Sequence record: MH051917
DNA: 64,000 nt
Direction: 5' to 3' (one strand)
From: Enterobacteria phage vB_EcoM_IME341
Part shown: positions 61,187-64,000 of the stretch, in pieces
How positions within the stretch are numbered: position 1 is the first letter of the stretch
Layout: each line of letters opens with the position of its first letter
Position numbers and translations under genes: made by a program
Notes under the pieces: generated by a model
Seen by the model: only the letters and a program-made list of their open reading frames with translations
Told to the model about the DNA's origin: nothing
Databases searched by the model: none

Positions 61187-61207
61187 GAACCTTCGGGTTC
61201 CTTTTTT
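61186..61207 (+). terminator. intrinsic terminator
   Basis: GGAACC-TTCG-GGTTCC + T6. Confidence 0.75.
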
Positions 61208-61226
61208 GGGTTTAGTGCAAAAAGGT

Positions 61227-61266
61227 GTTTACAACCTCGTAGAGCATGATACTATAGACCTATCAA
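61227..61266 (+). promoter_or_regulatory. early promoter cassette
   Basis: GTTTAC 61227-32; TACTAT 61250-55; TAGACCTATCAA. Confidence 0.65.
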
Positions 61267-61303
61267 ATAAATGAACTGAAACAACTTAAAACGGAGATAC
61301 AAA

Positions 61304-61558
61304 ATGAATATTAAAGCACCTTTCGCCGGTAATGTTATTCGTGAAGATTCAATCGAAATCAACGGTGTGGTAGTTAAAGCGGTTTTAACTGATATCAAAA
61401 CCCTGGTTAAAGTTGATTACTTAACCTTTAATTTCGAAAACATTGAAGGTTATATTAATTTCCCACCAAGCATTAAAATGCATGTACGCCATGAAACTTG
61501 GTCTAAAGCAGATCAGCAAAAAGCAGTAGATTTTATTATTGAGTTCTTCTCAAAATAA
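61304..61558 (+). CDS. hypothetical protein
   Basis: 84-aa ORF. Confidence 0.5.
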   Translation: MNIKAPFAGNVIREDSIEINGVVVKAVLTDIKTLVKVDYLTFNFENIEGYINFPPSIKMHVRHETWSKADQQKAVDFIIEFFSK

Positions 61559-61560
61559 GT

Positions 61561-61600
61561 GTGTACATATGCTTTAAACGTGTTATTATAGACCTATCAA
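61561..61600 (+). promoter_or_regulatory. early promoter variant (GTGTACA -35, TATTAT -10, TAGACCTATCAA)
   Basis: cassette variant upstream of the ATPase gene. Confidence 0.5.
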
Positions 61601-61626
61601 ATCTACTGAGTGAAATGGAGAATATA

Positions 61627-62607
61627 ATGTTAACTATCAAAATCAACAAAGGTATCTATCGCGGTAATGAAATCTCTGGTACGTTCATGAGTTCAGGTAA
61701 AACCTGGTTCCCTAATAAAATTCATGAATCCGAAGCTCACCTCGGTGATGGCAAGGTATTCGTACAGATTGATGGTGTTGAACGTGGTGTATGGGTGTTC
61801 AAATGTGACGTTGAAATGGAAGGTGCTGAAGCTCCTGTAGTGGTTACTGAATCCGCTGAAGAAATGAAACATCGCATCAACAAACGTTTTAAAGTAATGA
61901 ACATGATGACTAACGGAATCATCGATGGTAAAATTCGTTCCCTTATCATCTCTGGTGCCGCAGGTATTGGTAAAACGTATTCTTTGGATAAAGCATTACA
62001 GAATGCCCATGAAAATGAAACTATCGAATATAAATCAATCAACGGAAAGATTAGTGGAATCGGTCTTTACGAGCAGCTTTGGAATAACCGCGGCCCTAAT
62101 AGTGTTCTTCTTATCGATGATGTTGATGTATTCTCTGATATGGATATCCTGAACCTGTTAAAAGCAGCATTGGATACCGGTGAAAAACGTAAGGTGTGCT
62201 GGAGCACTTCAAGTTCTTACCTCGATGATAAAAATATCGATAAAGAATTCGAATACGAAGGCACCATCGTGTTCATCACCAACGTTGATATTGACCGTGA
62301 ATTAGAACGTGGAACTAAACTTGCTCCACACCTCCAGGCTTTAGTATCTCGTTCAGTTTACTTAGACCTCGGAGTTCACTCTAACGAAGAGATTATGGTT
62401 CGTGTTGAAGACGTTATCCTGTCCACTGATATGATGCAAAACCGAGGTCTGTCTGATGCTGAGACCTATCAAGCTTTAGCATGGATGAAGGCTAATGTAT
62501 CTCGTCTTCGTAACGTATCATTACGTACAGCTCTTTATCTAGCGGACTTCATTGCCACCGATAAAAATGACTGGAACGAAATCGCTGAAGTTACCCTTCT
62601 GAAATAA
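61627..62607 (+). CDS. P-loop ATPase (Walker A GAAGIGKT, Walker B LLIDDVD) with distinct N-terminal domain
   Basis: ATG 61627 after GGAGAATATA; motifs read from translation. Confidence 0.6.
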   Translation: MLTIKINKGIYRGNEISGTFMSSGKTWFPNKIHESEAHLGDGKVFVQIDGVERGVWVFKCDVEMEGAEAPVVVTESAEEMKHRINKRFKVMNMMTNGIIDGKIRSLIISGAAGIGKTYSLDKALQNAHENETIEYKSINGKISGIGLYEQLWNNRGPNSVLLIDDVDVFSDMDILNLLKAALDTGEKRKVCWSTSSSYLDDKNIDKEFEYEGTIVFITNVDIDRELERGTKLAPHLQALVSRSVYLDLGVHSNEEIMVRVEDVILSTDMMQNRGLSDAETYQALAWMKANVSRLRNVSLRTALYLADFIATDKNDWNEIAEVTLLK

Positions 62608-62617
62608 AGGTGAAATT

Positions 62618-62959
62618 ATGTTCGAACAATTTAGTTACGACCTTATAAAAGCAGAGTTGAAGTACTCTAATGCCATGAAACAGTCCGTCGAGGACTACGA
62701 TAATGAATTTAAATACAAATTCGCCGAAAAGGTTTATAAAACCGATTGTGAAGAAGGAGACTACAAGAGACTGGCCTTGGCCGCTAAGACTCAGGCCTTA
62801 ATAAATCTAGACCGTAAGCAGGTAAAGTTGGCAGGCGACTTCCGAGGTGAACTCTGCGCCATCAGGAATGAATACCTTATTCGTATTAAACACCAACGGA
62901 AAGAGAACAACCAATCCGCTTGGTTTAGTGGTCAATCAGGTGAAAAAAGTTTCTATTAG
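62618..62959 (+). CDS. hypothetical protein
   Basis: 113-aa ORF after AAGGTGA. Confidence 0.5.
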   Translation: MFEQFSYDLIKAELKYSNAMKQSVEDYDNEFKYKFAEKVYKTDCEEGDYKRLALAAKTQALINLDRKQVKLAGDFRGELCAIRNEYLIRIKHQRKENNQSAWFSGQSGEKSFY

Positions 62960-62961
62960 TT

Positions 62962-63010
62962 GTTTACATCTCCAGTAGAAATGATACTATAGACCTATCA
63001 ACTACTGGAG
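62962..63010 (+). promoter_or_regulatory. early promoter cassette; spacer CTCCAGTAG pairs with SD-containing CTACTGGAG
   Basis: GTTTAC 62962-67; TACTAT 62985-90; arms 62970-78 and 63002-10. Confidence 0.7.
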
Positions 63011-63016
63011 GTTATC

Positions 63017-63541
63017 ATGAACGCTAAAGATATTTTTTCACTGATTAATTTCAACAACGGTAATTTCAAATCTGAAAAACAAAGCAAGTTCTTTAACGAC
63101 GTTGCTTGTGGTAATGAGATTACCGTATCTGGAGGAGAGATTTACAAAAGCCGTTGGAACTGGATTGCTATCATCGATTCAGTTGGTATTGTAGAGCTCT
63201 ATAAAAACACTAACAAAAAACGTATTCTTTACTGGAGTCGTGAAAACAATCAAGCTTATCAAGCTGAACGTAACAAACGTTTAATGCCTACTGAATCTGA
63301 CCTGGCAAACGTTAAATCTGATATCGCTTATTTCGATAATCTGATTGCCGAACAACAAGCAGTTATTGATAAGTTTGACGAAATCAAAGCTTGTAAAGAG
63401 ATTCCTGAATTCATGCGGGAATCAGTAAACGAACAGTACGCCCTCACTTCAGGTCGTATCGAGCAGTACAAATCACAACGAGCTGAACGCCAAGCTCTGC
63501 TTCAGAAATTTGAAGAGCGTTTAAAGACGGTTCTCGCATAA
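63017..63541 (+). CDS. hypothetical coiled-coil protein
   Basis: 174-aa ORF after GGAGG. Confidence 0.5.
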   Translation: MNAKDIFSLINFNNGNFKSEKQSKFFNDVACGNEITVSGGEIYKSRWNWIAIIDSVGIVELYKNTNKKRILYWSRENNQAYQAERNKRLMPTESDLANVKSDIAYFDNLIAEQQAVIDKFDEIKACKEIPEFMRESVNEQYALTSGRIEQYKSQRAERQALLQKFEERLKTVLA

Positions 63542-63579
63542 ACGCTTTATACCAAGGATGGTATAATGGTTCTAGGTTC
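63541..63579 (+). promoter_or_regulatory. middle-type promoter cassette
   Basis: CGCTTTA 63543-49, 12 bp, TGGTATAAT, then GGTTCTAGGTTC. Confidence 0.55.
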
Positions 63580-63604
63580 TTAATTACTTACTGAGGAAAT
63601 TATT

Positions 63605-64000
63605 ATGTCACAGGCAATTAATCAAATTCGTTCTGAAGTTAAAAAAGTTATTAAATTTGGTCGTATTCCACTGAATAAAGAAGTGGTTGAAAAGGTTTTG
63701 GCCATGATGTGGGAAAAGTTTGAAGTTTGTATTTCTGTAGATGAATTCACTAAAATCTTTGACAAGACTAAAGGTTTGTTTACGTTAGAAGACAGAGTCA
63801 TGAAATCTCTTCACAGGGCCGGTATGTTGACTCGTGCTAACGCCAGAATTATTCTTAGAAATTATAACAAAGGCTACGACCTCTATGGTCGTTTAATCCC
63901 GGCGATGTCATTTGATGAAGTTGTTAAAGATCTTCGTACTAACCAACGTCGTTTACTAGCACTGGGTGCTCGTCTGGCTTTAGGTAAAGATAAGCAAATG
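63605..64000 (+). CDS. hypothetical protein, 3' end beyond window
   Basis: ORF after GAGGAAA runs to the window edge. Confidence 0.5.
   Translation, partial: MSQAINQIRSEVKKVIKFGRIPLNKEVVEKVLAMMWEKFEVCISVDEFTKIFDKTKGLFTLEDRVMKSLHRAGMLTRANARIILRNYNKGYDLYGRLIPAMSFDEVVKDLRTNQRRLLALGARLALGKDKQM

Noticed and set aside
39207-63010. Possible CRISPR-like array suggested by the recurring about 45-bp elements
   Set aside because: The repeats are irregularly spaced (0.3 to several kb), separate full genes rather than short spacers, and carry -35/-10 promoter hexamers.

Overview
This window is a T4-like (Tevenvirinae-type) myovirus segment, annotated by eye from synteny, motifs and recalled T4 protein sequences; no searches were run. 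Minus strand, 2.2-35.6 kb: the contiguous late structural module gp24 (two tandem paralogues)-23-22-21-68-67-20-19-18-17-16-15-14-13-wac-12-11-10-9-8-7-6-5.4-5.1-5-53, with TATAAATA late promoters and hairpin terminators. Plus strand, 35.6-39.0 kb: 4-2-3-1-57A-57B. Plus strand, 39-64 kb: a hyperplastic early region of about 60 small ORFs, two tRNAs, nudE, lysozyme e, denV and tk. The early region is punctuated by at least 15 copies of a stereotyped early-promoter cassette carrying covarying inverted repeats (PeSL-like). Most notable in the hunt: a tandem array of five small paralogues with an invariant C-terminal W-x-S-S-x-x-C motif, six genes with a T4 internal-protein capsid-targeting leader (MKTY[NQ]EF[IL]TEA), promoter-embedded anti-Shine-Dalgarno pairing, two GC-rich non-coding islands, a homing-endonuclease-like gene overlapping tRNA-Arg, and macro-domain and nucleotidyltransferase candidates.
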